From assembly GCF_001447785.1 (NCBI RefSeq), contig NW_015161404.1:1294931-1358930 (forward strand): a stretch of 64,000 nt of DNA. The letters run 5' to 3'. Under the pieces are notes generated by a model. It worked only from the letters and a program-made list of their open reading frames with translations, did not search any database and was not told the origin of the DNA. The DNA is from Gekko japonicus. Lineage: Eukaryota. This document shows, piece after piece, positions 25,859 through 38,329 of the stretch. Every line of letters starts with the position of its first letter. The first letter of the stretch is position 1. Position numbers and translations under genes: made by a program.

Positions 25859-27919
25859 TATCATTTGGAAAGAACTTACAGTTGCCCATTGTAATTTTGT
25901 GTGTGCGCGCGTGTTCCCCTCAGAAATCTGTGCTTCTCTGGAGAATGTATGTGAGCAGAATTACAAGCAGGAACAGCAGAAGGAGCTGATATCTGTCTGA
26001 AAGCCTAAGACTCCAGTGGGCTTGCCAGGTGCTTTGAGGAGCCGCATAAATAGGCAGAGAAAGAGCCCCATGATGGGAATGTTCTGATAAACTCCTCTTT
26101 CCAACAGAGTGTAACATAGAGCTCTTTCTCTTTCAGGAGAGATAAAGATGGCAAGTAGCTGATCCACAGACATATTTTAAAACAAAAGTTTGTATCATAC
26201 TTTTTATTTCAACCAGTCAAAATATTATAAAACTGTAGGCATCAGAAACAGTGTGGTAGTCTGTGCATTCTTTAGAACTTTTTTTTTAACAAGTTGGATG
26301 TTCAGTGTGGGGGGAAAAGGTATCAGGGAGGAGAAAATAAGTTTTTTTGAGACATGGTAGCAAAGCACAAATTCTGCAGTTGTAGTCTTACCATGGATAA
26401 AAGGATGTGCTGACAGCTAATTGGATTTGGCAGTGCCTGGGTAAAACAGACTTCAAGTTGCTAGGACCAAGGAGAAAGAAAAATACCATTCTTCTTTTAT
26501 ACTGTTTCAAGCCATTATGGTTGGTTCTAATAAAAGACACTATACAACACTGAATTCTGGAATGAACTTTAGACAAACATGACTGCTTGCGGCCTTTGCT
26601 TGGGGTTTATAAGGACCACCATGTTTATCTTTTGCACTCTGCTTGAGAAGGAACCTACATGTTCCATATAGTGCTAAGGAGACATTTGACTTACTGCTGC
26701 CTTTTATATTCACTAAGGGAAAATTTATCTTTCAAGAACAAGCCAACTAAAGAGATGGGGAGAGTCTCCCTCCTTCTACTGCTAGAACCAGAGGAAAAGG
26801 AATGGTTTTAGGAGGGCAATTAGATCTTATAAATTTTTGCTGATAACCCAAATTAACTACAAATAAATGTCTGCCTAAGTAGCAGTGTTGCAATGTTGGT
26901 AGACTTTCTTCAGTATATCTCCATCTATGTGAATGCACCTTTCTGGAGGAAAATTCCCTTCCAGGTGTATTCTGTAAGTATGGGAAATAGGTTTACTTAC
27001 TGAAAGTGCAAAATAGTCACAAATATGATCAGCACATCCCAGCCCATAAATCAACAAGTAAGCATATCTGCTCCTTCTTTTAGTAGAAGCATCTCTTACT
27101 CTGAACAAAGTAATTGGGCGGGTGTGTGTGTGTGGAAGTATAGCCTTCACTCAAAATACATTTGGAGATAACAAGTGGTTACAAGATCCTGGGAACATTA
27201 AGCTGTTGCCTGCTTGTTGTTTCCTCAGATATATCCCTTTATAAAAACAACATCCCCTTTTTGCCAATCAATATTCAAGAGAGACCGAACATTTCAAAAG
27301 AAATTTCTCTCAATCTACATTGCAGACCAGTGTGGGAAGGCTAAGCAGAAAATCAGGCTGAAACAGGAAGCAGGCTATTGCAATCTGGCCTCATAAAGGC
27401 ACAGAATTAGGTATCACAGTATGGATTCACCCTGAGAGAAAAGGAATCACTTAGGGGGAAAGGCTTTAAGTGGCTAACTCTGTGGCTGCCGGAAAAAAAA
27501 AAAAGCAGTTTCTGCTGTTATTTTGAAGCTTTAAAAGGTAAGGAAATGACCAGGGCAGAGTGTGGGACACTAGAGGAGGTGAATGTCTTTGACTCCCAAC
27601 ACTGGTGGTTTTAAACAGATTGAGGGACATTGTTTTGCAGTGATTTGTTCAGCAATGTTATGTTCCTCCCTAAAATGTAATCTATCCATTACTCACATTA
27701 TCCATTCTAGATAGTGTATGAAGAACAATGTACATGTTGCCTGCTATGAATCATTAACCAGGAAAGTGGAAACGGAGCAGCACAAATGGGGGGGAAGAAG
27801 AATCAGGAGGATGAAATAGCTTGCTGTCTGCTGTCGTTTAACACAGTAGGTCACACAAAATGTGCAGCCTTCAGTTGTCCATGGGAGGCCTCCTGCCCAT
27901 TGATCCTGTGTCCTTCAAA

Positions 27920-27933
27920 TGCCCTCTAGTGGC
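27920..27933 (-). promoter_or_regulatory. Candidate CTCF site
   Basis: Minus strand GCCACTAGAGGGCA matches the CTCF core consensus, in apparently unique sequence. Confidence 0.5.
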
Positions 27934-28248
27934 TAAAGTTCTGCATGGGAGCTGGATTGTTCAAAGGATAACAGGAGCACTTACATGATTGAAGTGTTTG
28001 AGTGAATGAGCAAAGTATTCTCTGAAAAGTTGTTTCAGAAAATTGTTCATACATGCTGAAAGCCCCCGACCCGCCTCCTGTTATCTGTGATTTATGTAAT
28101 GTAATACACAACAGTGCAGCTTTCTGCTTGGCAGAGCAGAACACAAGACCAGAAGAGAGCTGGCATGCCAGTGAAAGTGGATAGAAAGTTGGCACCTTGC
28201 TGGGTTTACCCAGGAGAGAATCTTTTACTAAAGATTATAATTTAAAGG

Positions 28249-28287
<39 letters not shown>

Positions 28288-28288
28288 T
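28249..28288. repeat. (TTTC)n microsatellite
   Basis: Direct reading. Confidence 0.95.
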
Positions 28289-28499
28289 CCACTATCAGAG
28301 CATAGAAGGATGAAAATACAATTTACAATAGAACTGAAGAGTGGGCAATTCAAAATTTCAAAAAGGTAGAGAAGGGGTATGTGGAATATATTGCTTAATT
28401 CATTCACAAGTAAATTTCAAAAGGGTTTAACAGAACTCACAAGTAAGTGTGCATAGGATTGCATTTTTAGCCACACCAAAAAGAGCTTACTCACAAAAA

Positions 28500-28688
28500 G
28501 GGTCTGTGGCTCAGTGGCAGAGTATCTGATTGGCATGGAGAAAGTCCCAGGTTCAATCCCCAGTATCTCCAGTTAAAAAGATGTGGCAGTAGGTGACTTC
28601 TGCCTGAGACGGTGGAGAGCCGCTGCCAATCTGAGTAGATAATACTGATTGACCAAGGTTCTGATTCAGTATAAGGCAATTTCATGAT
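28500..28688 (+). mobile_element. tRNA(Ala-like)-derived SINE
   Basis: A box tggctcagtgg, B box ggttcaatcc; body shared with copies at 29590, 32830, 49935 and 54600. Confidence 0.8.
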
Positions 28689-28839
28689 CTTGAAGATTCT
28701 AGTTCCATCTTACAGTTCTGCTACCCCTTACAGATCAGACCATGTTGTTATTAAATTTAGCAAAGTGCTCCATACCAAGGGTGAGCATAAAGGCAAAAGC
28801 TGAAATAATAGGAATGCTCAAACAGTTTGACTCAGGTCC

Positions 28840-28962
28840 CATTGTATTGTTTATTGAATGTCCTATCCTGTCGATTGTATTGACTCATTCTGGGTAATCT
28901 GCCTTGAGTCCAAGTGAGAAAGGCGAATTATAAATAATGCAAATAAATTTAAAAATAAATAA
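28840..28962 (+). mobile_element. LINE (L2-like) 3' tail
   Basis: gtaatctgccttgagtcc..gtgagaaaggcg..ataaat stem-loop tail followed by an A/T-rich end. Confidence 0.55.
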
Positions 28963-29589
28963 TAGTTCTGTTGGCCAGTTGAGATCAGGGAGCCAAGGTT
29001 TCGATGGACTGTTTGTGACTGTTGGGCAGGTTGCTTCACCATTTTCCTTTATAGCAGAGCAGTATAGCACAATCGGAATTTCATGCATATACATCCTCAC
29101 ACAGGCCAAATGAGTTCTACTGCCCCCATCCTTGCTGGCCTGCTGTTCCATTTGGCAGGTTGTTGTTTATAGAGACAGTTAAATCAGTCTCAAATTATAT
29201 AAACCAGTCATAAGTCATATGACTAATGTGGGTTTTTAAAAATCCCTATGGTTTGGTGTTCGTCTAAGAAGTCCTAAGTGATATTAATGGCTGCCAATCT
29301 GTTTGCATTGGCAGTGTTTGTGCACATGCACAGTTTTGAAAAAGCCCAATCCAAGACTGTTTGGCATGTTTTCAGAATTTTGCAGTTCAAACCACTATTG
29401 TATTGCCTATTGGATGTCCCATTCCTGTTGACTTAAATTGTCATGGGCAGTGTAATCTGCTGTGAGTCTGAGTGAGAGAGTATTTGGGCAAACAGCAAAA
29501 TAAATTAAAATTATGATTCAAAAGAGCAAACAGCTGAAACATCTGAGAAGCCAAATAAATGGGTTAGGAGTCCCAGCAGTCAGCATTTC

Positions 29590-29762
29590 CAGGGTAGAGC
29601 ATCAGCTTGGCATGCAGAAGGTCCCAGGTTCTATCCCCAGCTTCTCCACTTGGAAGGATCAGGTAGCTGGTGATGTGAATGATCTCTGCCTGAGAGCTTG
29701 GATGGCCTCTACCAGTTAGAGTAGACAATATTGACCCTGATAAACCAATGGTCAGCTTTATG
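29590..29762 (+). mobile_element. tRNA(Ala-like)-derived SINE followed by (TACA)n
   Basis: ggtagagcatc..ttggcatgcagaaggtcccaggttc..; same family as 28500. Confidence 0.8.
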
Positions 29763-29763
29763 T

Positions 29764-29816
29764 ATACATACATACATACATACATACATACATACATACA
29801 TACATACACACACACA
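29764..29816. repeat. (TACA)n/(CA)n microsatellite
   Basis: Direct reading. Confidence 0.95.
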
Positions 29817-29891
29817 TACTACATGAACATCAGAAGTAGAATACATTATTCAAAATAGGTTCATTTGGATTTTGACTAAAATAATATCAAA

Positions 29892-30435
29892 GGCCCCATT
29901 CACACAGAGGATTTGTCGCGCTAAAAGCACGAATGTCAGGTACATACACACACACATACTACATGAACATCAGAAGTAGAATACATTATTCAAAATCTGG
30001 GAAGCGCAGCGCACCCGTGGCCAACTCGGGGCATCCCGCCGAAGATGCGCAGTAAAAAAGTACTGCGGAAAGTGCACTAGTATCTGGAAAATGCGGGGCA
30101 GGGGTGGGCGTCTGATCGTGGGAGCACTAGTATCCCGTGGCACCCGGCACCCATCCATGTCCCGTCGCAAACTGGATGTTTTTCATAAGCACATGTGCAC
30201 AAACACATAACTGAAAGCAGTGCTGCTCCGCAGAAGTGCACATGCGCACAAACGCGAAACGCTTGCTGCACCGCTTCTTTGCCACGCTCCAGCATCACCG
30301 TGCGATCGCCATCTAACAGCCTAATCACGGAGACTCGGGGGACTGTATGATCGGGCTAGCATGCTTTATTTTGCTCTGGGGTGAACACCCACACCTCCCC
30401 CCCCCCCGTGTTATCTGGCCCATGTGACTGGGGCC
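29892..30435. mobile_element. PIF/Harbinger-like MITE with an internal 56-bp copy of its upstream flank
   Basis: TIRs GGCCCCATTCACA / TGTGACTGGGGCC; 29941-29996 is identical to 29801-29856. Confidence 0.8.
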
Positions 30436-32370
30436 TATATTTTGCAGTCATGTGACATTATAAAAGAACTTTGATTACCCTCCATAAAAGAGTTATAAGG
30501 GAGCATACCATATATGCCAAGTTTTGCAAAGGCCACTTTGCCATGACTGGACTGGATTTGAACCTCTATCGCATGAGAAAGATCTCTGTGTTCTTAGGCA
30601 AGTAGTTAGCAGTGACTCATTGTAGAAGGTGAACTTAATAGAATACTTAAATGGAGTGTTGAAAACTGTGACATTGAGTTTATTTGTAGTTTATGAGTTA
30701 CTGCTAGGATTCCTATAATGGCAAATGGGGAAAGCAGTATTAAGCCCATACCATTTTATGGGTATAGTCAAATTCTGAATGCAGGGGAGGGGGGACATGA
30801 TGCTGCAGGTATCAGTAATGTTCTGGTTACCATCAATTGGTGTTTGTCACAACTGTACATGCTCCAACAATAACATTAGCTAAGAGGAAACCAAGTTGTC
30901 AAATGACCATAATTTGTGACTTGAATGTTGGTAAGAACTTCCCTGCTCCCCAACAGAGGATCAGCATGAAGAAATCTGTATTCAAATATTAATATTAATC
31001 CCATATTTAATATTTCTTTGAAGGAAAGCTGTCTGTATATCCAGTAACCAAAGCATAACATTAAAAAACCTACATGATTTCTATATACACTCTGAATAGT
31101 CAGGATGTGAACTGTCTAAGCATGTGATGTGTCCAGGGGTTTAGACCAAAGGGACACAGTGCTTTTGTGTTATTAAAGTTGTATCCATGTGATGGATGCA
31201 AAAGGATGCAAAAGATGTCCTCTGCACTGTGTATGAGAATGTGTAAATTAGAACTGGTGATCCCCTTAGCAATTATGTTCTTCACACATGTAAACTAGAG
31301 CAACAGCTCCCAAACTGCCAATCTGGTTCTTAGTTTTCACTGAAACACTTTGTGTCACACAGTAAGTGAGCTGGAGGAAGTAGCAGCCAACATTTTAAAA
31401 AAGAATTGTGTGTAGGACTAAAGAGCTTGTCAGGTATCATAGTGCAACAGAAACAAACAAACAACAAAAATTAGGAAGAAATTAAATCCTTGCTTGGCTT
31501 AAGGTCTTTGGTATTTGTCCTGTACCATCAAGAAGTCCTGTAGTTTCTTGAGGTTGAATTTTCTACGATACAGTCACTTCAGTGTAGAAAACTGCATATA
31601 CGTAACAACATATGATGAATTCATGTGAGTATACTTTGCCATGTGCATATATCATGGGAAACTGTTGTCAACTAAGGTATGCTACCAAAAGGAACTAGGT
31701 GAAATATGAACATATGTGTCTTACATATCTGTGGGAAAGTCATCCAGTGTGTGGTGCTTAAAAGCTATTCAGGGCTAAACTAGACTTACAAGAAAACACT
31801 TCGATTCAGATATCAAACCCCGCAAGAGTCAATTGCAATTTGGGAGAGGGTTTTAAATCGTGTAAGAGGCATAAGAGGAAAGGGTTAGTAGTCTTCTTTT
31901 TTAGTGACCCTCCCCCGAGCTCCAAAGCAGTTGTCTGGGGTTGCAAATTAGCACCGGGAAAAACTGCAGACAACCAAAACATTGATCAGATCTTTCATAT
32001 CAAGCTTGATTATCTCCTGTCAGATAGAAACCACCAGACTACTGGACAGGTGGCTAAATTCTGTGCTCAGGTTTACAAGCATAGAAAGTCCCTTTTGGCA
32101 GCATGACTGTAGTTATTTGGCATGATTTTGTATGTTTTTAAGACTTAATTTTATCTCTTTTTATCTTTTTAAAAAAAATTCAACCCAACTGCATTGCTGG
32201 TCACTGACTTTTGCATTTCTCAATCAAACTGTACTGCTGGTCACTGACTGTTGTAATAAAGTGATTGAGTGAAGTTAAAAACTTTTTTAAAAACAGTAGA
32301 GCAACTGATTTCTAAGCACTTAGATTATGAGCAGTCATCACAGCTTTATAAAGAGTAAATGATAGCAGAC

Positions 32371-32652
32371 CAGAGGTCATTTCGGGGGGATCGCAGGGGA
32401 TCGCAGTACGGGGGGTGGGGCACATGATGAAGCCCCGCCCTCTTCTTCCGGCCGCCCCCTGCTTCCGGCCCTCATTCAGCCAGGAGGAGGCAGTAGAAGA
32501 GGGAGGATAAGTTGCTTCCTCCCTGCCTCTCCCCACCCCTGCCTGCCTGGGGCCAGGGAGGGCCTTTGCGGGGCTTCCTTGCATTCCCGCCGGCCTTGCA
32601 GGTCCACTGCCGGGCCCCTCATGGGGCTCGGCAGTGGAGCTAACGACCCCTG
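32371..32652. mobile_element. hAT-type MITE, shorter relative of 6700-7118
   Basis: TIRs CAGAGGTCATT / AACGACCCCTG; perfect TSD TAGCAGAC. Confidence 0.9.
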
Positions 32653-32669
32653 TAGCAGACCAATTTATA

Positions 32670-32752
32670 GTCCTATCCTATGCAGAGTTACACCCTTCTG
32701 AGCCCATTGATTTCAAAGCATTTAGAAGGGTGTAACTGCACGTAGGGTTGCA
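32670..32752. repeat. Short palindromic MITE-like repeat
   Basis: agttacacccttct ... agaagggtgtaact inverted arms; related degenerate copies near 8378-8445 and 15650-15722. Confidence 0.6.
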
Positions 32753-32829
32753 AATAGTCTTCTTCACGTCCATCAGGTGAAGGATTGCACTTCAAATATA
32801 TCTGAGCTTCAGGAAGATTTTTGATACAT

Positions 32830-33044
32830 ATGCATGAATCTGCCTTGTACTGAATCATTACCACTGCTGGATCAAGGTCAGTATTTTTCCACTCAGAATA
32901 GCAGCACCTCTCCAGGATCTCAGGCAGAGGTATTTCATATCAGTTACCCGATTCTTTGAACTGGAGGTGCTGGGGGAGGTGCTGGGGATTGAACCTGGGA
33001 CCTTCCGTATGCTAAGCAGATGTTCTACCACTGAACCATGGCCC
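32830..33044 (-). mobile_element. tRNA(Ala-like)-derived SINE
   Basis: Reverse complement of the 28500 family (gggattgaacctgggaccttc...ctaccactgaaccatggcc). Confidence 0.8.
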
Positions 33045-33125
33045 TGAAGTACAACATAATATCCTCTTATGAGTACTTAACATCCTGTAAAGTGCATACA
33101 TCCTGATCTAACAGCTGTATACAAA

Positions 33126-33488
33126 GGCCCCGGTCACATGGCAAAGTTGCCATGGGAGAGGCACGGATGGTGGGTGGATTATCCGGGCGTGATCACACCC
33201 CAACATCTGGGAAGTGGAGCACAACTGTGGTTTACCGCCGACAATGCGCCTTTAAAAACTAGTACCTCGAAGGTACTAGTAAATGTTCGCCACGGGCTGC
33301 CTCCAGATGCCTGTCGTGTGATCACACCAGCGCGCAGCATTCCCCTCCGGTCCCTCGTTTACCTGCCGGCACCGAGGGAAGGACCTGTGGTGTGCCGCTG
33401 GCGCATCTGATCGCGTAATCGCGCATCAAACTGCGCCGGGGCAATTAGCCACTCTCCCCCATGATATCCGGCCTGTGAGACCGGGGCC
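33126..33488. mobile_element. PIF/Harbinger-like MITE
   Basis: TIRs GGCCCCGGTCACA / TGAGACCGGGGCC; 3-bp TSD AAA. Confidence 0.8.
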
Positions 33489-34010
33489 AAAGATAATAAG
33501 ACTGGAAAAGGGAATCCAGTGGGTAATCCACAGGAATATTTACTGTGTCCAGAGCTATCCCATATCTTCAAGTAGCTTCAGTTCACAAATGGGCAGTAAC
33601 TTATGTAGATGAAGAAATGTTGAGAGTTACACATTGAAACTGTGTCCAAAACATTTAAAATGTGGAGAAAAAACTAGACAGTTGTGGTTCCAAGAATGGT
33701 ATAGGAGTTATAGTAGGTAGGAAATTTAACAAAGGGATGCTGTGACTTGGGAAGCCTATGCCTCTTTAGGCATGCATTGTTTCCAGCAGCTGCACTCTTC
33801 TATTCAGTACTGGTTAGGCCACCTATAAAATACTTTACTTAGCTTGGGGCAACAAATTGGAAAGTGACTGGAAACTAAGAGCTATAAGGAAACTTTCTAT
33901 TGGAGAAACGGAGTACATCTGGACTAAAGAAGGAGCAATTAAGCCAAAAGAAACATCTTTCTCAAATAATGTGTTTCTAGTGACAAGGGCTTGTTTCTAT
34001 ATTTTTGAAC

Positions 34011-34295
34011 TAGGGTTGCCAAGTTAGAAGTGGCGCTGGAGTGGGGGACTCCAGCGCTGCTTCGGGAGTGTGTGCAGCGCGTGAAGCGCGCGCCGCAACC
34101 ACATCACCTGGAGTTTTCCCTCAGATGACCGTGGCCCCGCCCCCAGCATGCCCGGCGTGGTCGTGTCACTTCCGGGTGACGTGCACGTCGCGTGCTTTGG
34201 GGGTGGGGTTCCCCCTGGGGCCCAATCCGCTGACGGTGGGGAACGGGCCTCTGGGGCGGGGGTTTCCCCACCCCCAGGGGGACTTGGCAAGCCTA
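34011..34295. mobile_element. hAT-type MITE (TAGGGTTGCCA family), CpG-rich
   Basis: TIRs TAGGGTTGCCAAGT / ACTTGGCAAGCCTA; perfect TSD TTTTGAAC. Confidence 0.92.
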
Positions 34296-35515
34296 TTTTG
34301 AACCCAGATTTCCCCCCAGCAGGGACCCAAGGAGCCTTACATAATTACAGTTTAAAGAAACAAATAGAAAAAGACAAAAGTCCGTCAGCTATGTCCTGGG
34401 CTGGCCCTGCATACACTGGCCCACACAGGCTACAAGCTATCAGCCAAGAGCCCCTTGACTCTTGTAAAAGGCCTCTGGCCATGCCCATGTTTAAATAACT
34501 ACAACAGGGGCTCAGCCTGGGTCTTATGCAGCTGCTCCCAAGGTTCCCTTCCCCTGCTATGGGGCTTACTGTTTTGCATCTCATCCATGGCAGGAAAAGG
34601 TGATCTATTTAAGACTAAACGTCCGCAATGTGTTGCACTCACAATTGCTTTAAAATAGCAGCTTTTACTTAGTACTCCTATAACCAGTGAACAGAATCAG
34701 AATAATGGGGTTTAAGCACAATAACTTGGTGGCTGCTGCACTGATTCCTAGCTGGGCTTCCTGGAGGTACCTTTTGAAAAGAGTCTGTTATGTTCAGATT
34801 TGGACTAACATTCAGCAAAGCAGCAGTGGAGACAAGCGCTGAGACAATCTTGAAGCCCAAGTCCTACAAATTAAGGTCAGGACAGGGAAGAGAAGGTAGG
34901 AAGGCAGTAAATGTATTTTCTTCCTTTTCTCAATGCAGAAGATTCCTTGCCTATTCCTTGAATACCAAGTACATCTTGCACTGCACTGAGCAGTTACCAC
35001 TGTGAATGGTACCGTGAATTAAAATTGTCTCAGCAAGCACCATGCTGCTATCCTTTTGCTGTCTCAGCCTTGACAAGGTTTCTGTGGAGAGACATAATAG
35101 ACCATCAGAGGAGAGAAAGCCAGCACACTGGATTTTTACAAAGAAGTTGTTTTAATGTGATTCCCCCCCCCAACACATTTCTTTGTAAACTGGCCATATC
35201 AAGGATAATATGATGCCTAATCGAACGTATGCAAGAATACTAAAGACTCACATCACCCACAATGTGTGCTCCAAGAGTAAACTCCCTTATGGGCCTGAGT
35301 GCCAAAAAACCCTGCAACATCTACCTGCAATTATGTAAGCGTACTGGTATATAAAAGGAAGGAGGGAGACAGGAAGGCTGTATTTGGTCAGGCGTAATGG
35401 GAGCCGTCTGCATCTCAACAGAGCTGGTGCCATCTCAGGGGCTTGCCTCAGTTCTTGCATGCGAAGCAAAAACGGTTTGGCATGCCACCATTTGGCATGT
35501 GTTCTGGTGCAGTGC

Positions 35516-35795
35516 AGAGCCAGTTTGGTGTAGTGGTTAAGTGCACGGACTCTAATCTGGGAGAACCGGGTTTGATTCCCCACTCCTCCACTTGCACCTG
35601 CTGGATGACCTTGGGCAAGCCATAATTCTGGCACAGCTGTTCTTGAAAAAGAGCAGTTTCTGTCAGAGCTCTCTCAGCCCCACCTACCTCGCAGGGTGTC
35701 TGTTGTGGGGAGGGGAAGGGAAAGGAGTTTGTAAGATGCTCTGAGACACCTTCGGGTGGTGAAGGCGGGGTATAAATCCAATCTCCTCCTCCTCA
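35516..35795 (+). mobile_element. Squam3-like tRNA-derived SINE
   Basis: gagccagtttggtgtagtggtt (A box)...gggtttgattcccc (B box), CORE-like body, ggcggggtataaatcc tail plus (CTC)n. Confidence 0.85.
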
Positions 35796-36605
35796 TCCAG
35801 TGTCAGGAAATGCTTCCTGTCAGATTTTGTCTCATGAAGGCATTCTTGTGTTACTCAGGGCAACAAAAACAGCCTACCTGTCAAAAATTGCCTGCTTGTT
35901 TTTGTTGCACTTGTTCTGAGGCATTGCTTCCTCATGTCATGGCCACTGTCTAATGTGTACTGTTCCTGTCCACAAGTTTTGTCCATATTTGCCTCTAAAA
36001 CATCACATTACAAAACATCTCTAAGCACCCCCCCACAAACACTTTAGATTTATTTTGCCTACATTTTCTATGGGGTAGATAAATCTGATACCAACTGTGG
36101 GCAATAAAAGGGCAAAGGGCTTTTCTCACTACATGCTTGCAGTCATTGAGCAACTATCCTAACCTAATTAAGAAAAGTTAACCAAAATTAAAGACACGCA
36201 CACGTGCGCACACGCACACATACAGGATTATGACCATGGAACATAAACATGCACTGAAAGAGTAAAAAGATTTTCCTTCACAGCCCTTTTGATTGGATCC
36301 CCCCTGATTGTGTAAACTAAGGGGCAGGGGAAAATTATTAAGGGAAGGGGCAATTAATTCTGATTCTATGATGTTGAAAGTGCATCCAAAAGAGATGGTA
36401 GGTTTAATCTACATTAATGCTTGTAAGAAGAGAAACCGGGGTGCTACTTAATACCAGATTAATCAATCTACAATAAAAAGAATAAATCCTTTTTAAAAGT
36501 TTCTTAGCAGAACTTGCTATATCTAATTCTGAACAGTCCCCTCTGCCTGCAGACACTTATTTCTACAAACAGAGGGCACACTCTCCCCCAATTGGGGAGG
36601 ATTCC

Positions 36606-37066
36606 TCCTGCAGTATGAATGGCTAAATAGCAGGGGAACATTTTAAAAGAACATCTGAGCTTCTCACCCCTACCTCTTTTGCTGCAGGCTCCACTGTCCT
36701 CTTAAAACTTTCTCAGGGGGAGGCTTCTAACTGCTTCTCCTCCACCACCAGCTCAAGAAAGAATGACTGGCTGAGAGTGAGAGAGACAGAGAGACACACA
36801 AAGAAAGGGAATGGGTGAAGGAAGAGGGGAGGAAGCAATAGCAGAACTGGAGCTGGGATTGGGGAGGATTTCTCGTTGCCACTCACCCATCTCAAATGCT
36901 GTTTTTCCTGCAGTATGAATGGCTAAATAGCAGGAAGCCTGCAACTGCAAAGCCTTGCAAGTGGGAGAGAAAGATCATTCACACCCCAATATCTGTAGCT
37001 GTGGGCTCCACTGTCCTTTAAAAACATTATCTCCAGCTTCTAACTGCTTCTCTCCTCCCACCAGCT
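36606..37066. repeat. Diverged local duplication (~300-bp period)
   Basis: Blocks cctgcagtatgaatggctaaatagcagg, ggctccactgtcct and gcttctaactgcttctc each occur twice in the same order. Confidence 0.8.
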
Positions 37067-38329
37067 TGGGCACTGCTTCTTTCCACTGTTTATTTCTTCT
37101 GACTGACTAGAATCTAGAGGGAAGTCATTTTTCTACGAAACGACCCCTGGGTATCATTAATGGATGGGTGGTCGCAACGACTGAGAGGTAGGGGGCAGAT
37201 GGAGAGGAGGCGGGATTTCCTCCAACTAGTGTTGGTTTGTACACACCACCTTTTAAAACATTCCTTAGCAACCCTGACAGACAAATAAAGTGCCAAAGAC
37301 AGCTGTGGTGCTGTGGGTGAATGTGGACTGAAGAAGACTGGAGCCCTGCAACCACACAATTCTCCATGGCAAGGCAAGAGACTGAACAAGCAAAGGTGTC
37401 TCAGGCTGATCCATTGATAAACCAGTAGTCATTTAAACAGCTGCTTTTGGCAAGGGAACTCAGAAGGACACCTGTAGCACCTCAAGACCTGCACTACCCA
37501 GTAAAGCAATCTTTTAAATCTCACCTCACATAAACAAAGTGATTGTAATTTCCAGGCAAATTCCTCTTTTAAAACAACTTCAGTTGCTGGCTGACTATGC
37601 ACAAGGGAACTGAGCGAGGCTGGACGGCTCTCTTTCCAGTGTTCAATAAAGAAAAAGAAAAGGGGGGAAACAAAGGGGAAAAGGGAAAAGTGGACTCCAA
37701 CTGTCACTCCTTTCCATTCACAGAAGGCTGTCACAGAGCTGCCTCTTCCCTTAAGAAGGTACCACTCAAAACAACTGAAAGAATCTCTGCCTTTTTTGTC
37801 AGAAACAACAATCCCTCATCGATACCATACAGAACAATACAATGCCAAAAGTACCTCACAAAAGAGGACACCCTGCCAAAATGAGAAAATCCAAAAAGCT
37901 AACAAATCAGTTACTGCAAGAAAGCCGTTTAAACAGTAACCAATTATACTATGATAAAGACATTGATAATATGCAACATTTTGTTGTGGGTCCCTGCTTG
38001 TTAGATTATATTCCAAAACATGGCAAAATGGTTGCTGCTGAACAGGTACATAACTGGGCTGCGCCTATATAAATTCCATGAACATTTTATTTATTTAAAA
38101 TATTTATATCCTGCCTTATCTTCTTGGACTTCTTCTAAAAACAACAACAACACAGGCCATAGAAAGACAGAAGCAGCCAGTTTTTCAGGAAAGGAGCAAC
38201 AATGTTAAGGTCACCCTGGTGTCTTCCTGTGCCGCCATCCCAGAAACCAGCTAGATGGTAAAAGGTGACTTTTGTGTCATTATAGTCTGTGGATAAAATC
38301 AACCTTCTAGATCATTAATTAAAAACTGG

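Noticed and set aside
28500-28575. tRNA genes here and at 29590, 35516, 49323 and 49935
   Set aside because: These are SINE heads continuing into shared SINE bodies; no intact cloverleaf
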